From the NCBI RefSeq assembly GCF_006345805.1, contig NC_043011.1:26300464-26364463 (forward strand): DNA of 64,000 nt. The letters are read 5' to 3'. The DNA comes from Octopus sinensis. Taxonomy: Eukaryota. The notes below the pieces were generated by a model. That model saw nothing but the letters and a program-made list of their open reading frames with translations. It was not told the DNA's origin and made no database searches. The first letter of the stretch is position 1. Each line of letters opens with the position of its first letter. Positions 12,548 to 26,446 of the stretch are shown here, piece by piece. The position numbers were made by a program, and so were the translations under genes.

Positions 12548-12715
12548 CTCCTTCATTTTCTTTGCTATACGTTTCGTTTCACTTACACCAAGCTTATATA
12601 CTTCAGCAGCAGTTATATTGTAGCCAAAATACCATTTGAGGCACGCCTCGTAATATTTAATACCGTCTTTCAGGGACGAGAGACCGGCCTTTGGTCTGGC
12701 AGCTGGAATGTACTC
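12548..12715 (-). CDS. DUF885 gene exon: EYIPAARPKAGLSSLKDGIKYYEACLKWYFGYNITAAEVYKLGVSETKRIAKKMKE
   Basis: Acceptor ttttctccAG, donor GAG|GTAAGT. 168 bp, phase 0-0. Strong DUF885 signature. Confidence 0.95.
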
Positions 12716-13848
12716 CTGGAGAAAAGATTCACACATTGGTAGATAAATATTGAAATGGACGGTTATTAGAATATCTTGGGTGCATAGAATACAGTATATT
12801 TAGAGAATTATATGGATTTAGAGAGTTAGATGGATTTAGGTTGCGAAATAGTTATGTAGTAAGATAGGAAAGCCAATTCACCTACCTACTACCTACCTAA
12901 ACAGCTATAGTCTAGTTCAGTGGTTCTCAAGTGGAGCGCAGCGGGACACGGTGCGTCACATCTGGTGTTTAGTAGGTGCGCCACAGATTTTTTAAAAACA
13001 ATTATTACGGTTTTTAAAATTCCATATTAGTATTTGAGCTGCTTAAGGTAACCAGCTGGTAGAACTGCTAGCATGCCGGGCGAAATGATTAGCGACATTT
13101 CATCCGTCTTCACGTCTTGAGTTCAAATTCAACCCAGGTCGACTTTGCCTTTCATCTTTTCGAAGTCGATAGAGTAAGTACCAGTCGAGTACTGGGGTTG
13201 ATGCAATCGACTTACCCCCTCCCCCATAACTGCTGACCTTGTGCTGAAATTTGAAATCAATATTTGCGCTGCTTCGTATTCATAATTTTGTTATACACAG
13301 TGTGATTACGAACACAAGATAATTGCAGCAAAGCGGCGTGATAGCGGTGTTAGACGTAGCATGCAGACCATCATATAACTTGTTTTATTCGCCTCTTCCG
13401 TCTTACTTTGACATGCGCATTACGTTTTTATTCTTCTCTTCCGTTTTATGAATTCAGTGTGCACATGCGTATTGCTTGTTCATACTTCGCTTTCAGGTTC
13501 CTATTCAAAACTATTTATATATATCACAACCATCTCACAAAAGTGCATTCGCAAGGAACGCTTCGCGCTCCGATGTTTGTGAAAAAGGTTACATATTTTC
13601 TCCAAATTTTTAACTTTAAAATATAACTCTATTCCTTAAATTTTCCCTGCGAAGTACACCAGTATTTTCTTCTTTCTCTTTTTTCTTTTTTTTTTGTTGT
13701 ATTTGACCTCGAAGCAAAATGATCGAGAATCACAGAGTAACAGATGAGGATTATTAGATAGATAGAAGATAGATGAACAGAATGGTAGCTAGCCAGATAT
13801 TTTATAGATAGATAGATAGAAACTTATTTAATAAGCTACGTAACCCTT

Positions 13849-14268
13849 AGGCGCAGGAGTGGCTGTGTGGTAAGTAGCTTGCTAACCAACCACATGATTC
13901 CGGGTTCAGTCCCACTGCGTGGCATCTTGGGCAAGTGTCTTCTGCTATAGCCTCGGGCCGACCAATGCCTTGTGAGTGAATTTGGTAGACGGAAACTGAA
14001 AGAAGCCTGTCGTATATATGTATATATATATAAGTGTGTGTGTATATGTTTGTGTGTCTGTGTTTGTCCCCCCAGTATTGCTTGACAACCGATGCTGGTG
14101 TGTTTACGTCCCCGTCACTTAGCGGTTCGGCAAAAGAGACCGATAGAATAAGTACTGGGCTTACAAAGAATAAGTCCTGGGGTCGATTTACTTGACTAAA
14201 GGCGGTGCTCCAGCATGGCCGCAGTCAAATGACTGAAACAAGTAAAAGAGTAAAAGAGAGAGAGAGTA
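13849..14268 (+). mobile_element. SINE family A, full length
   Basis: Matches the family consensus from head to tail. Confidence 0.85.
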
Positions 14269-14304
14269 AGCCTACTCCCCAACCAACATAACTACTATCT
14301 GGAT

Positions 14305-14658
14305 TAGTGGATCTCAACCATTTTTTATTTATGGATTCTTTAATTACTATTTTATTCAGGTGGACCCCATAGCCATTCGATATTTAAAAACTAGTTTTAT
14401 AGATACTTCTTTCAAAATCCCTATTTTACTTTTCACACATTAACTTGCGCAAGTTGAACTATGTGAGAGAGAGAGAGAGAGAGAGAAAGAGAGACCTAGG
14501 TGCTTCTTGCAATAAATATATCTGAGGCAAGATTTTCTTTTTCATGGATCCATAATATTTTACGGCAGATCCCCAATTTACTATTGTGTTTGCATGCACC
14601 CACAAAAGTCTTATATGGACCCCCCAGGGGTCATATGGATCTTGGTTAAGAACTATTG
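14305..14658. mobile_element. hAT (Charlie-like) MITE
   Basis: Degenerate TIRs tagtggatctcaacc / ggttaagaactattg flanked by imperfect 8-bp TSDs atctggat/atctagtt (NTCTAGAN-type target). Confidence 0.6.
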
Positions 14659-14816
14659 ATCTAGTTCAGTAGATATATAAGTGTTTCTCAAAGTTGACGT
14701 TACCGCCCTCTGAGTGGTGGAAGAGTTTATAGGGGTACTGAGGTGGGTAGGTGGGTGGCAAGAAATGCCTGTATTACAACTTCTAAGTTTTTGTTACACA
14801 TATAAATTTAGATACT

Positions 14817-15230
14817 TTTTTACTCTTTTGCTTGTTTCAGTCATTTGACTGTGGCCATGCTGGAGCACCGTCTTTAGTCGAGCAAATCGACCAAAGGACC
14901 TATTTTTTGGAAGCCTAGTACTTATTCTAACGGTCACTTTTGCCAAACCGCTAAGTTACGGGGACGTAAACACACCAGCATCGGTTGTCAAGCGATGGTG
15001 GGGGGGGACAAACATAGACACGCAAACATATACACACGCATACATGTATATATATATTCTTACATACGGCGGGCTTCTTTCAGTTTCCATCTACCAAATC
15101 CACTCACAAGGCTTTGGTCGGCCTGAGGCTATAGTAGAAGACACTTGCCCAAGGTGCCACGCAATGGGAATGAACCCGGAACCATGTGGCTGGTAAGCAA
15201 GTTACTTACCACACAGCCACTCCTGCGCCT
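14817..15230 (-). mobile_element. SINE family A, full length
   Basis: Matches the family consensus. Confidence 0.85.
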
Positions 15231-15246
15231 ATATGATGATATTTCC

Positions 15247-15364
15247 GTTTACAGCACCTAGGTTTCCCAAGCGGTCACTCATCTAAGTACTAACTAGGCT
15301 CGACTTTGCTTAACTTCGGTGATCAGACGAGAGCCGATGTTTTCAAGGTGATAAGGCCATAAAT
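15247..15364 (-). rRNA. Full-length dispersed 5S rRNA copy (probable pseudogene)
   Basis: Minus strand reads ATTTATGGCCTTATCACCTTGAAAACATCGGCTCTCGTCTGATCACCGAAGTTAAGCAAAGTCGAGCCTAGTTAGTACTTAGATGAGTGACCGCTTGGGAAACCTAGGTGCTGTAAAC (118 nt), colinear with metazoan 5S. No oligo-T terminator follows. Confidence 0.9.
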
Positions 15365-16484
15365 TAACTTTTTAAAAAAAATTGAATTTATTATTATAAT
15401 AAACTTCTTGTTAGCCATAATCACAACAATAGCAACAATGAGAACAATAACAACAGCAATACTAGACTTTGAAATATATAACCATCTATGTATTCTTTTT
15501 ATCCTTTTATTCTTTTAACTTCTTTCAGTCATTTGACTGCGGCCATGCTGGAGCACCGCCTTGAAGGGTTTTAGCCGAACAAATCAACGCCAGGACTTAT
15601 TTTTTAAAGTCCAATACTTATTCTACGAGTCTCTGTTGCTGATCCACTAAGTTACAGGGACGTAAACACACCAACACTAGTTTTAAGCGGGGGCAAACAC
15701 AGGCACATACACACACACATTCACACACACACACACACACACGTACACACGTACGACGGGCTTCTTTTAGTTTCCGTCTACCAAATCCACTCACAAGGCT
15801 TTGGTCGGCCCGAGGCTATAGTAGAAGAGACTTGTCCAAGGTGCTATGCAGTGGGACTAAACCCCGGAACCATGTGGTTGGGAAGCAAGCTCCACACCAC
15901 GCCTGTAAATTATATGAAGATCATAAAGAATATACTACGCTTGATTTTAAAAGACATTGTCAACATATGTGGGTATTTCCATACATGCGTTAAAGGCTCC
16001 ATTGCACTTGCGGCATTAGGTAATTCCCAGACTTGTGTGTACATTTATACATCCATATGTACATGGGTGGACGTTGTTGATTCTAGCTGTGAGGCCGTCA
16101 GCTAATCGCATAATATTTAAGTGTATAAAGAAACGCGTGTAAGTTCGCACGTGGGCTGAGAAACCTATGTATGTGTGTGAGAGAAAGAGAAATGAGAGAG
16201 GGAGTTGTGTACGTGTGTGTGTGTGTGTGAGAGAGAGAGAGACAGAAAGAAAAGGGAGAGGGAGTGTGTGTGTGTGTTTGTGTCTGTGCCCCCCCCATCC
16301 CACCCACTGCTTGACAACTGCTGTTGGTGAGTTTGACCGATAGAATGAGTCATAGGTTTTAACAAATAAGTCCTGGGGGTCGATTTGTTTGGCTAAAATC
16401 CTTCGAGATGGAGCTCCAGTATGGACGCAGTCAAACAACTGAAGCGAGTAAAAGTATAAAAGAATATGTATTTATATAAATAAT

Positions 16485-16521
<37 letters not shown>

Positions 16522-16674
16522 AGAAGAAGAAGAAGAAGAGAAGAAGAAGAAGAAGAAGAAGAAGAAGAAGAAGAAGAAGAAGATAAACGGTAAGGATGAT
16601 GAACAACAACAAGAACAAAGGGATTAAGAAGTAAATTAAGAAACTCAATAGCTTAACATTACGAGCTGTTTTAC

Positions 16675-16759
16675 CTCTTCAATGAATCTTTTGAAATTTT
16701 TATATGAAGGTGCGATCTGTTTGGTTACTTTGTTTTGGATTTTGTGTCGGATTTCTGTC
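16675..16759 (-). CDS. DUF885 gene exon: TEIRHKIQNKVTKQIAPSYKNFKRFIEE
   Basis: Acceptor ttttatttccAG, donor GAG|GTAAAA. 85 bp, phase 2-0. Encodes the I.P.Y.....F...EY helix of DUF885. Confidence 0.9.
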
Positions 16760-16960
16760 CTGGAAATAAAAGAAGAATGATAAACTAATTGAGAGAAACA
16801 GGAATAGATTCCATGCGACAATACACACACACACACCCACACTCATACACACCTACGCACACCCACATCCACACACATCCACACACGCGCGCGTATATAT
16901 GTCGGGCAGTATATTATAGATTATAGCATATAATTGATCAGGCACGCCGCCTGTCTGTCT

Positions 16961-17042
<82 letters not shown>

Positions 17043-17165
17043 TCAAACAATAACTCTCTGCTCGAATGGGCCTTGGTGCCCAAATCCTGAATTGAAAGAC
17101 TTCGCCATGTGGTGCTATTAAGTTAGACATAGCCTGGGCCAATACTGGTCAAAACCTTTCTAAGT

Positions 17166-17226
<61 letters not shown>

Positions 17227-17227
<1 letters not shown>

Positions 17228-17478
17228 GAGGCACATGGCCTAATGGTTAGAGTAGCGGACTCGCGGTCGAGGGATAGCGAGTTCGAATCTCAGGACTTAT
17301 GAGCGAAACACCTGGCGAACTTCTGCAGACTCTTTCGCCACAACTTTCTCTCACTCTTTCCTCCTGCATTTTGCAGCTCACCTGCGACGGACCGGCGTCC
17401 CGTCCAGATGGGGAACCTATATGCCAAGGAAACCAGGAAACCAGCCCTTATGAGCCAGGCATGACTCCAGAAGGAACA

Positions 17479-17480
<2 letters not shown>
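17227..17480 (+). mobile_element. tRNA-derived SINE (family C type), internally deleted
   Basis: tRNA-like head gaggcacatggcctaatggttagag...gagttcgaatctc. The 3' part is shared with the 11006-11250 element. Confidence 0.7.
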
Positions 17481-17566
<86 letters not shown>

Positions 17567-18323
17567 CGAGGATGAAGGTTCCAGTTGATCCGATCAATGG
17601 AACAGCCTGCTCGTTAAATTAACGTGCATGCGGCTGAGTACACCACAGACATGTATACCCTTTACGTAGTTCTCAGGGAGATTCAGTGTGACACAGAATA
17701 TGACATGGCTGGCCCTTTGAAATACAGGTACCACTCGTTTTTTACCATCTGAATGGACTGTCTGTCTGTCATTCCGTCCGTCTGTCTGTCTGTCTGTCTG
17801 TCTGTCTGTATGTATGTATGTATGTATCTATGTATGTATGTAATACTAATAATATTCGATGTTGGTTGCTCTGTTGTGCTAAAAGTGCTACTGTACGTAA
17901 AACGTACAATCACTGCCGCCATCCCTGCCATTGTCAAATGTGACAAAATTAACGCCTTCACTAACATCGTCACCACCACCACATGATTGCAACTTCCGGA
18001 AGTCGGAAGTCGTATGACAGAAACATAAACTTATTGGCTATAACCACGCTGGCGAAGGGCAATACTACTTCTAATATAGAGACATTGGAATCCCCATACA
18101 TAAAGCAACGATCGAAATGGGGCTTCCACAGAAGCGATCAGCGCGAAACCCCCACACTAGTCGAAACTACTTATAGCATCACCACCATATTTACTATCGC
18201 TGTCAATTCTAGTGACAGCAGCATACGAACAGCAATAGGAACAACAACAATTTCCTACTCTTCTGTCAAGGTTGGCAATAGATGCCACCAAGTTTCCTGA
18301 TCGAAGCCCGTCGTATATGGTGC

Positions 18324-18418
<95 letters not shown>

Positions 18419-19039
18419 TGTGTGTGTGCGCGCGCGTGTGTATTCTTTTCTATTTTTACTTGTTTCAGTCATTTGACTGCGGCCATGCTGATGCACCGAC
18501 TTGAAGGGTTTTAGTCGAACAAATCGACCACAGAACTTATTTTTTAAACCAAGTACTTATTCCGTCGATGTCTTTTGCCGAACCGCTAAATTACGGGGAC
18601 GTAAACACTCCAACACTGGTTGTCAAGCAGTGATGGGAGGGGGGACAAACACAGGTATAAAGACACACACACATAGATATGTATATGTATGCATGATGTA
18701 TGTATGTGTGTGTGTGTATTTGTGTATACCACTTATATGTACAATGGGCTCCGTAAGAACAATTTTAAAAAAGTCTTGGTTTCTCCAACGAAGAACAAAA
18801 GTAACTACTTCGCATCCTCAAAATACAGTCGATTAACAGTACAGGGAAAGTTATGTAAAAAAATTCCAAGGATTCTCCATTTGAGTTTTCTAAAATGAAC
18901 ATATGCACATAATCACAAGTGCATATGGCACCGCACGCACACACAGACATACATGCACTCGTTTACTAAAGTAGTGTGCTTTACAAAAGTACAGTTTTAT
19001 CCACGCATGCATCTACATATATGTACACACTCTTTCGCG

Positions 19040-20080
19040 TATTTAAAAATCCCAAGAACTCTTGTGTTGAACAAAAGAGCCATATCATTTTGTTAGTGAC
19101 CGACTTGAATATTACATAAGAAAATATGTGGGGAAGGTATTTCATAGTTTCATCCATAATTACACAGCTTAATACAAAATAGAAACGAATATATGAAATT
19201 ATATTCTAACCACACGCAGAAATTATGTAGAAGATGACGAACTTCGCAGTATTACAACAGGAGTGGACATGGTAAGGACAAAGTTAGAAAAGTTAATCAA
19301 CATATTCCATTTAAATCACAATAAAATTGAACTTGAAAATGGTAAACTATCGAGACATTAAATTCAAATACAGGCGTATCCACCGGTAGCATAAGCCGAA
19401 CGAGGGAACGTTATACATAAATTATATTTCCAACCGCCCGAGTACAATTATTAAACATATAATCAATAACGTCACTACACACGTTTTTCAACTATCTTTA
19501 GGCAAGAACATATAATATAAAACTGCCCATACTATAACAGGGAATAGAGAGAATTTGACTTCACCAATAAGATTAATTATACAAAACATTCTCCAATCGG
19601 TTTTTACATCGAAATATGAAAATAATATGGCTTAACACGTCATACAGCATGAATATGTCCAGAAATATAGTAAAGTGGTTCTTGACACTAAAAAACCCTC
19701 CACTTCCTCCACTTCCTCATGTCCTAGTTTTACATTGAAATCTAGCTGTTTAGAAAATATAGGGTCTCAAATATTCAACCATAATAATGTAACCAGAAAT
19801 ATACTATCAACCCAACATGATTGTAATTTTAGAAGTGTAGTCAGATGTCCTCTTAATTAAATACCGCGACAAAAAGCTAGTATATAGAGCTGATGCTTCA
19901 TATATTGATGGCATGTCTAGAATATATATTTGCATTATTGAAAACTCGCTCATGATCAATAGGATTAGCACATTTCGCCACCCAGATAGAAGTGTAAACT
20001 GAGTTTCATCTGGTAAAAGTACATCTGGAAGTTGAAGAAACAAGGAATAGAAACTCGTATAAGGCTCACAATACTTCTTC
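19040..20080 (+). mobile_element. Degenerate Penelope-like retroelement (RT C-terminal half + GIY-YIG)
   Basis: Frameshifted peptides YVEDDEL, HKPNEGTLYINYISNRPSTIIKHI, CNFRSVVRCPLN, KLVYRA and YIWKLKKQG appear in the Penelope domain order. Confidence 0.75.
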
Positions 20081-21106
20081 CATATTTCAGAAGAGGTCAG
20101 AATAAGTTCAAGATTATACGCCTTTACTTACTGAACGTGGTTTTTGGTTCACTTCTACCGCATGGTGCCTTAGGCAAATACCTTCTACTATAGCCCCGAG
20201 TCGAACAATACCTTATAAGTCAATTTGGTAGGCGAAAACTGTGTGGAAGCTCGTCGTATACAGGTGCGTGTGTGTGAGAGGATGTATGTAAATGTCTCCG
20301 TGTGTATGTGAATGTGTGTGTGTTTGTTTGTGCTTGTGTCCCCCTCCCTCATTAGCCGATTGACAACCGGTGTTGGTTTGTTTACATCCCTGTAACTTAG
20401 CAGTTCGGTAAAAACAAAAAAAAAAAACGAGACCGATGGGATTAGCACCAAACTTTAAAATAAGTACTGTACTTGATGTCGATTAGTTCGACTAAACCCT
20501 TCAGTCCTGGATAATCACAACCCAGTGACCGGAACAAGTAAAATGATAAAAAGGTATAACGTAAGCGGTACTGTACTTTTGATTATTTGTACAAGGCGTT
20601 TCGAACGGTCACAAATCCTTGCGTCAATACTTGTATACATTTACTTATTACCTCAAATGTTTAGTCTGTCTTACTGAGGAGAGCTAAGCTACGGTGTTAA
20701 GTTGACACGGGAATCTTACACAGATCTTGATGGTAGCTTTCGAAATCATGAATAAATCATGGAAATCGTTTCTATATAGTATTTCAGCAACATCTATGCG
20801 TTGATTCTGTAATTAATCCAGTCGCTGCTCTGGTTTGATTCTGGTATTAATTCTGCATCAAACCATGCCTGATAATTTTCCACATTTCTGTTTGTATTCT
20901 TTTATCTTTTGTTTCATGTAAGTCGTGTAATTACAAGGTGAGGCTATGAAAAAGCTTGTATCCTGACTGTCTAAATCTGTGAGTGAGAAGTTATGTAGGA
21001 GACATGAACGAACAATACTTGAGCTAGCCGTCTAATAACTTAAACATTCGGCAAATTTTGTATTTGTGTAATGACAGATAAACGCACGCACACACACACA
21101 CACACA

Positions 21107-21139
<33 letters not shown>

Positions 21140-21949
21140 CATACACACACACACACAAATATATGTAGCTGTGTTTGAATGTATTTATATGTAAGCGTTC
21201 ATATGCACGTAGTTATTTATGTGTCTATATCTCTGTCTCTGTATGTACACACACACACATACACACACATGCACACACAATGATAAACACACACATACAT
21301 ATATGTACGATATACTATATAATATATATATATATTTGTAAATAAAATATATATACATTATATATATAGTTTATATACATTATATACATATATATTATAT
21401 GCATATACACACACATTATAAGTTATATACATATATACTCACATTTTATAAGTAATATACATACGTACATAGGAGTTTACATACGAACTTACATACATAC
21501 ATACATACATACATGCATACATACATACATACATACATACGTAGGTACATACATACATGCATGCATACATAATACATACATACATACATACATACATACA
21601 TGCATACATACATACATACATACATACATACATACATACATACATACATACATACATACATACATACATAAGATATACTTAGGAGCAGTGTGATAAAGAA
21701 AAACAGCTGTTGGAGATGTTTGAGGTATGTGGTGTCGGATGTTTAGGGGTTTGTAGTTAAAGACAAAAGCTAACAACGGAAAGATAAGACATTTCTCAAA
21801 GAATTTCTACGTTGATTGATGTCTATGCCGGATGGTTGTTGGCTGGCTGGCTGGTTGGCTGGCTGGTTGGTTGGTTGATCTGTTGGTTGGCTAGAATGGT
21901 ATGCTATGTTGCTGGTAGTTATTTCTTGTTTTACATAGATAAATGCATA

Positions 21950-22018
21950 CGTATGCATGTATACATACCTATGTATGTGTTTATGTTTGTGTGTGCGTGT
22001 GCGTGTATGTGTGCGTGT

Positions 22019-22050
<32 letters not shown>

Positions 22051-22233
22051 GAGTGCAAGTGTGAGTATGCATGTGCGTTGTTGTATCACGGGAGGGTCAT
22101 TTTTCTAATAACACACGTCCTGGTTCTATTTCATCTCATTTCATTATTATTATTATATGTATGCGTGTATACATACGTATGCGTGTATACATACCAATGT
22201 GTGTGTGTACGTGTACGTGTACGTGTATGTGTG

Positions 22234-22264
<31 letters not shown>

Positions 22265-22363
22265 TGCAAGTGAGTATGCATGTGCGTTGTTGTATCACGG
22301 GAGGGTCATTTTTCTAATAACACACGTCCTGGTTCTATTTTATCTCATTTCATTATTATCATA

Positions 22364-22395
<32 letters not shown>

Positions 22396-22400
22396 GTTAT
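21950..22400. repeat. ~200-bp direct tandem duplication
   Basis: Two near-identical copies of gagagtgcaagt...gtatcacgggagggtcatttttctaataacacacgtcctggttc...cattattat. Confidence 0.9.
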
Positions 22401-22714
22401 TATTATTATTATCATCATCATCATCATTATTGTCGACTCCAAATTCCTCCGAGATCAACTTTGCCTGTAGTCCTTTCGGGGTTGATAAAATAAGGTTCCA
22501 GTTGAACACTGGGATCGATATAATCGACTCACCCTCTCCCCCAAAAGGCTGCCCTTGTGGCAACATTTTAAACCATTATTATTATTATTGTTGTTGTTGT
22601 CATTATTATTATTGTTTTTGTTGTTGCTGTTATTATTACTTAAAGACGTCGCACAGTATCCAATACTATTTTGCTTCTGCGCGGGGACAGATAGATGACA
22701 CCATAGCACAAAAT

Positions 22715-22775
<61 letters not shown>

Positions 22776-22815
22776 CAGCAGCAGCAGTAGTAGTAGCAGC
22801 AGCAGCAGTAGCAGT

Positions 22816-22846
<31 letters not shown>

Positions 22847-22872
22847 AGTAGTAGTAGTAGTAGTAGTAGTAG

Positions 22873-23165
22873 TCAATGTAGATTGAACGTGTGCGTACCG
22901 GGGATTTGTACTGTCTGTCAAGTCACACCAAGGACCTCAGGCAGACGGCAATCTACGCAGTAAGCGTGCAATTCCAAGAAAAGTCAATATTTGTTCTAGG
23001 ATACTTCTAAAGTGTCCACATGTTTCTTTAGGTTGGCTGGTATTGAACCCAATGTTCCGATGACAACAGGAGCGACCTTTATGTTTCACTCTCGTCTGCT
23101 GTCACATCTTGGCGATCTCAATCAACATTTGTCGACCTATTGTCTTTCTTTCATGGCAATATATT
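22873..23165 (-). mobile_element. R4/Dong-like non-LTR retrotransposon 3' remnant (restriction-like endonuclease C-terminus) with (TAC)n tail
   Basis: Minus-strand peptides IEIAKM, VIGTLGSIPANLKKHVDTLEV and LGIARLLRR, running into a (TAC)n array. Confidence 0.65.
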
Positions 23166-23490
23166 AATCTCGTCAGAACGATCAGAGCGAGTTTTTCGAG
23201 CTGTCGTACCTTTGTAATCCCCATTAGACTCATCCAACTTTGCACTGTCCTCAGATTCACACCCAAACACCCTGAAGTGTTCGTTTTGGAGCTTCCGGTG
23301 CGAATGCCAAACAGTACAGCATGTCGTTTCAAAATTTCTGGTAGAGTGAATTGCGTCATGGTGCTGTTTTTCTCACAGATGGTGCCCAACTGACTCTACT
23401 ATACTGTGTAGTCGACAAAATCAAAAATAAACGATGCGCATGCGCAAAATCAAAAATATAAAATGGTTACAATTTATCCATCCCACCCTG
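23166..23490 (-). mobile_element. 5' end of a Tc1/mariner-superfamily transposon
   Basis: TA-cagggtg TIR and an HTH-like N-terminus MTQFTLPEILKRHAV...LGVNLRTVQ. A second copy lies at 28349-28633. Confidence 0.65.
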
Positions 23491-23830
23491 TATATGCTTG
23501 AGTGTACACACAGGTATTAAATGAACCGTAAATACATTTTGCACGCCCAGTTACTCTGCAGTAACTGCTCCAAATCAAGTTCAGCCTTGCGATGTGCATT
23601 TCCCTACCACATTCCCAGTAAACGAATCGAAGAGAACGCGCAATTCCATTCGTTCACCAAGAGCTCGTTCTCAGCATTTCAAGATATCGTACCACCAACT
23701 CAGTAAATCGACCAGTCACATAAAATCAGGCTAATAGACCGACCGACTTTCCGATGGGAAACTTAACATTTTCTTTTGTGTGTTTCTAATCAGTGTTATT
23801 TACCAACCACACCACCACCACCACACCACC

Positions 23831-23895
<65 letters not shown>

Positions 23896-24091
23896 ATTTT
23901 GTACTATGGTGTCGTGTATCTGTCCCCACGCAGAAGCAAAATTTGACGATTAGGCATCAGTCCTGTTATTAGATTACAGGTTCACGGGTCGTGGGGTTCA
24001 GGACTCACTGAAGTCTTTTTGTAAGTAAATCCGGTACAAAAAATATTAAAACAGTCACAAGAGAACTTCAAAACATGACTAGTTTAATTTG

Positions 24092-24167
<76 letters not shown>

Positions 24168-24329
24168 ATGTATGTATGTATGTATGTATGTATGTATGTA
24201 TATTATTATTGAGTTTTATTTTAAGATTTCTTGCCAATAGAGAAAGAGCCGGTTTCCAACATAGATTCATTGGAATTTCAACAACATCAACAGGTTATGT
24301 CTGTCTGTCTGTGTGTCTGTCTGTTTGTC

Positions 24330-24361
<32 letters not shown>

Positions 24362-24538
24362 TGTATGTATGTATGTATGTATGTGTGTGCAAATTTGTAT
24401 GTTTTGTTTTATGTATGTATCCTCATGCATATAGTTGCATGTTTAGACATGCTCATATATATTTAAATAATAAACTTCTGGAAAGTTTTGCAGATTTTCA
24501 CAGTTCCAGTGATGGATTGGATATGTAGTCTTCGATTG

Positions 24539-24570
<32 letters not shown>

Positions 24571-24684
24571 TGTATGTATGTATGTATGTATGCATGCATG
24601 TATGTATGTATGTATGTATGTATGTATGTATGCATGCATGCATGTATGTATGTATGTATGTATGTATGTATGTATGTATGTATG

Positions 24685-24716
<32 letters not shown>

Positions 24717-24888
24717 AAAATACAAACTGGGACAAGAACGCAAAACATTTAAAAGACGATACACAAAACACGGACTTCGAAGCCTTCAATCTTCAGTCAA
24801 GAACCGGATCATCTTCGCAATTTCGGCTGATAGTTTGTATTTTTTTTACATATATATATATATAGCGACGCCCGTACCCTTTTGGTCT

Positions 24889-24920
<32 letters not shown>

Positions 24921-25882
24921 TGTATGTATGTATGTATGTATGTATGTATGTATGTATGTATGTATGTATGTGTTTCATTGTTTTAGTTAAGCTATTGAAT
25001 AAAACGTAGTTGTTTTTATTATGGAGGAGGCTGAATCCTCGTAAATATTACCATTGTGTAACTTGTGTTTAACATTTAGTGTACAATTCATATATTGTTA
25101 GTTAATAAATAACTTTAAAAATTGGTTTCAAATTTTGGCACAAGGCCAGCAATTTCGGGGGTTGGGACTAAGTTGATTACATCGATTCCAGTGTTCAACT
25201 GGTACTTATTTTATGAACCCAGAAAGGATGAAAGGTAAAGTCGACCTCGGTGGGATTTGAACTCAGCGCGTAAAGACGGATGAAATGCCGCTAAGTATTT
25301 TGCCCGGCGTGCTAACGACTCTGCCAGCTCGCCAACTTTAAGTAATTTGAAATATTGCTTTCAAAATTTTGGCACAAGGCTAGCCATTTCGTGGTAGAGG
25401 CTAAATCGATTACATCGACCCCAGTATTCAACTGTTACTTATTTTATCGACCCAGAAAGGATAAAAGGTACAACTGACCTCGACGGAACTTGAACTCAGA
25501 ACGTAAAGACGGATGAAATGCCGCTGTGCATTCTGCCTGGCGTGTTAACGATTCTGCTTGCTCGCCACATTTAAGTTTGCTTAATTATTCTATTATTTAT
25601 GGCAAGGGTCCCCAAACACCAGAGTATGGACCAGCTCTTGAGCTGCTACAAAGAATACATTTTTACATGAAATTACTTTTTTTATATGCAATTGCAATTT
25701 ATAGTGTTTTTCATTATCCCTGTCACCACCCCCTGCCGGAGCCTCGGGGAGCTTTAGATATTTTTGCTCAATAAACACTCACAATTCCCGGAGTGGGAAT
25801 CGAAACCGCGATCCTACGACCACGAGTCCGCTGCCCTAACCACTGGGCTATTGCGTTTTTTCATTATATATGTATTATATAT

Positions 25883-26446
25883 GTACAGCAAAACCTCGCT
25901 TTACGAGGATCCGCTTTACGAGGCCTCGGGTTTACGAGTTTCGTTTTTCAAGCGCAAGATCCAAATTTTGAACGAAGTGCGAAAGTTTCCAATATCATAA
26001 CAAATGCTTCTGCGTGTTATCGAGAAATTCATAGAGAGTGAAAAACAGCTTCTTCTAAGCAAACAACTCTAGACTAGTTTTTAAAAAAGAAATCTACAAG
26101 TCTGTCTACGAGTGCTTGTGAATCGGTGATCGAGCCTACAAGTGATGGTGTGTGTAAGTCTAATGCGAGTGAAAGTGATTCAGAAAACGATTATAATAAT
26201 AATATTTTTTATTATAAATAATACTGACATTCTTTCTACTTTACATAAAGTATTCTTTATATCCTTCTGTTGTTTTATTGCCATTTATTTACGAGTATTA
26301 TGAATTTTATAGGTAAAATATTTTCCTAACAACAAATTACGATTTATAACATTGCTACTATGGGTAAATATTGCTCTGCTTTACGAGTTTTCGCTTTACA
26401 TGCGATTTCCGGATACAAATGAACTCGTATATCGAGGCATTATTGC
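25883..26446. mobile_element. pogo/Tigger-like non-autonomous DNA transposon
   Basis: Ends TAcagcaaaacctcgctttacgag / ctcgtatatcgaggcattattg, with repeated tttacgag subterminal motifs. Confidence 0.65.

Noticed and set aside
17227-17300. tRNA gene candidate
   Set aside because: A and B boxes are present, but there is no proper acceptor stem and the sequence continues into a repeat body; it is a SINE head.
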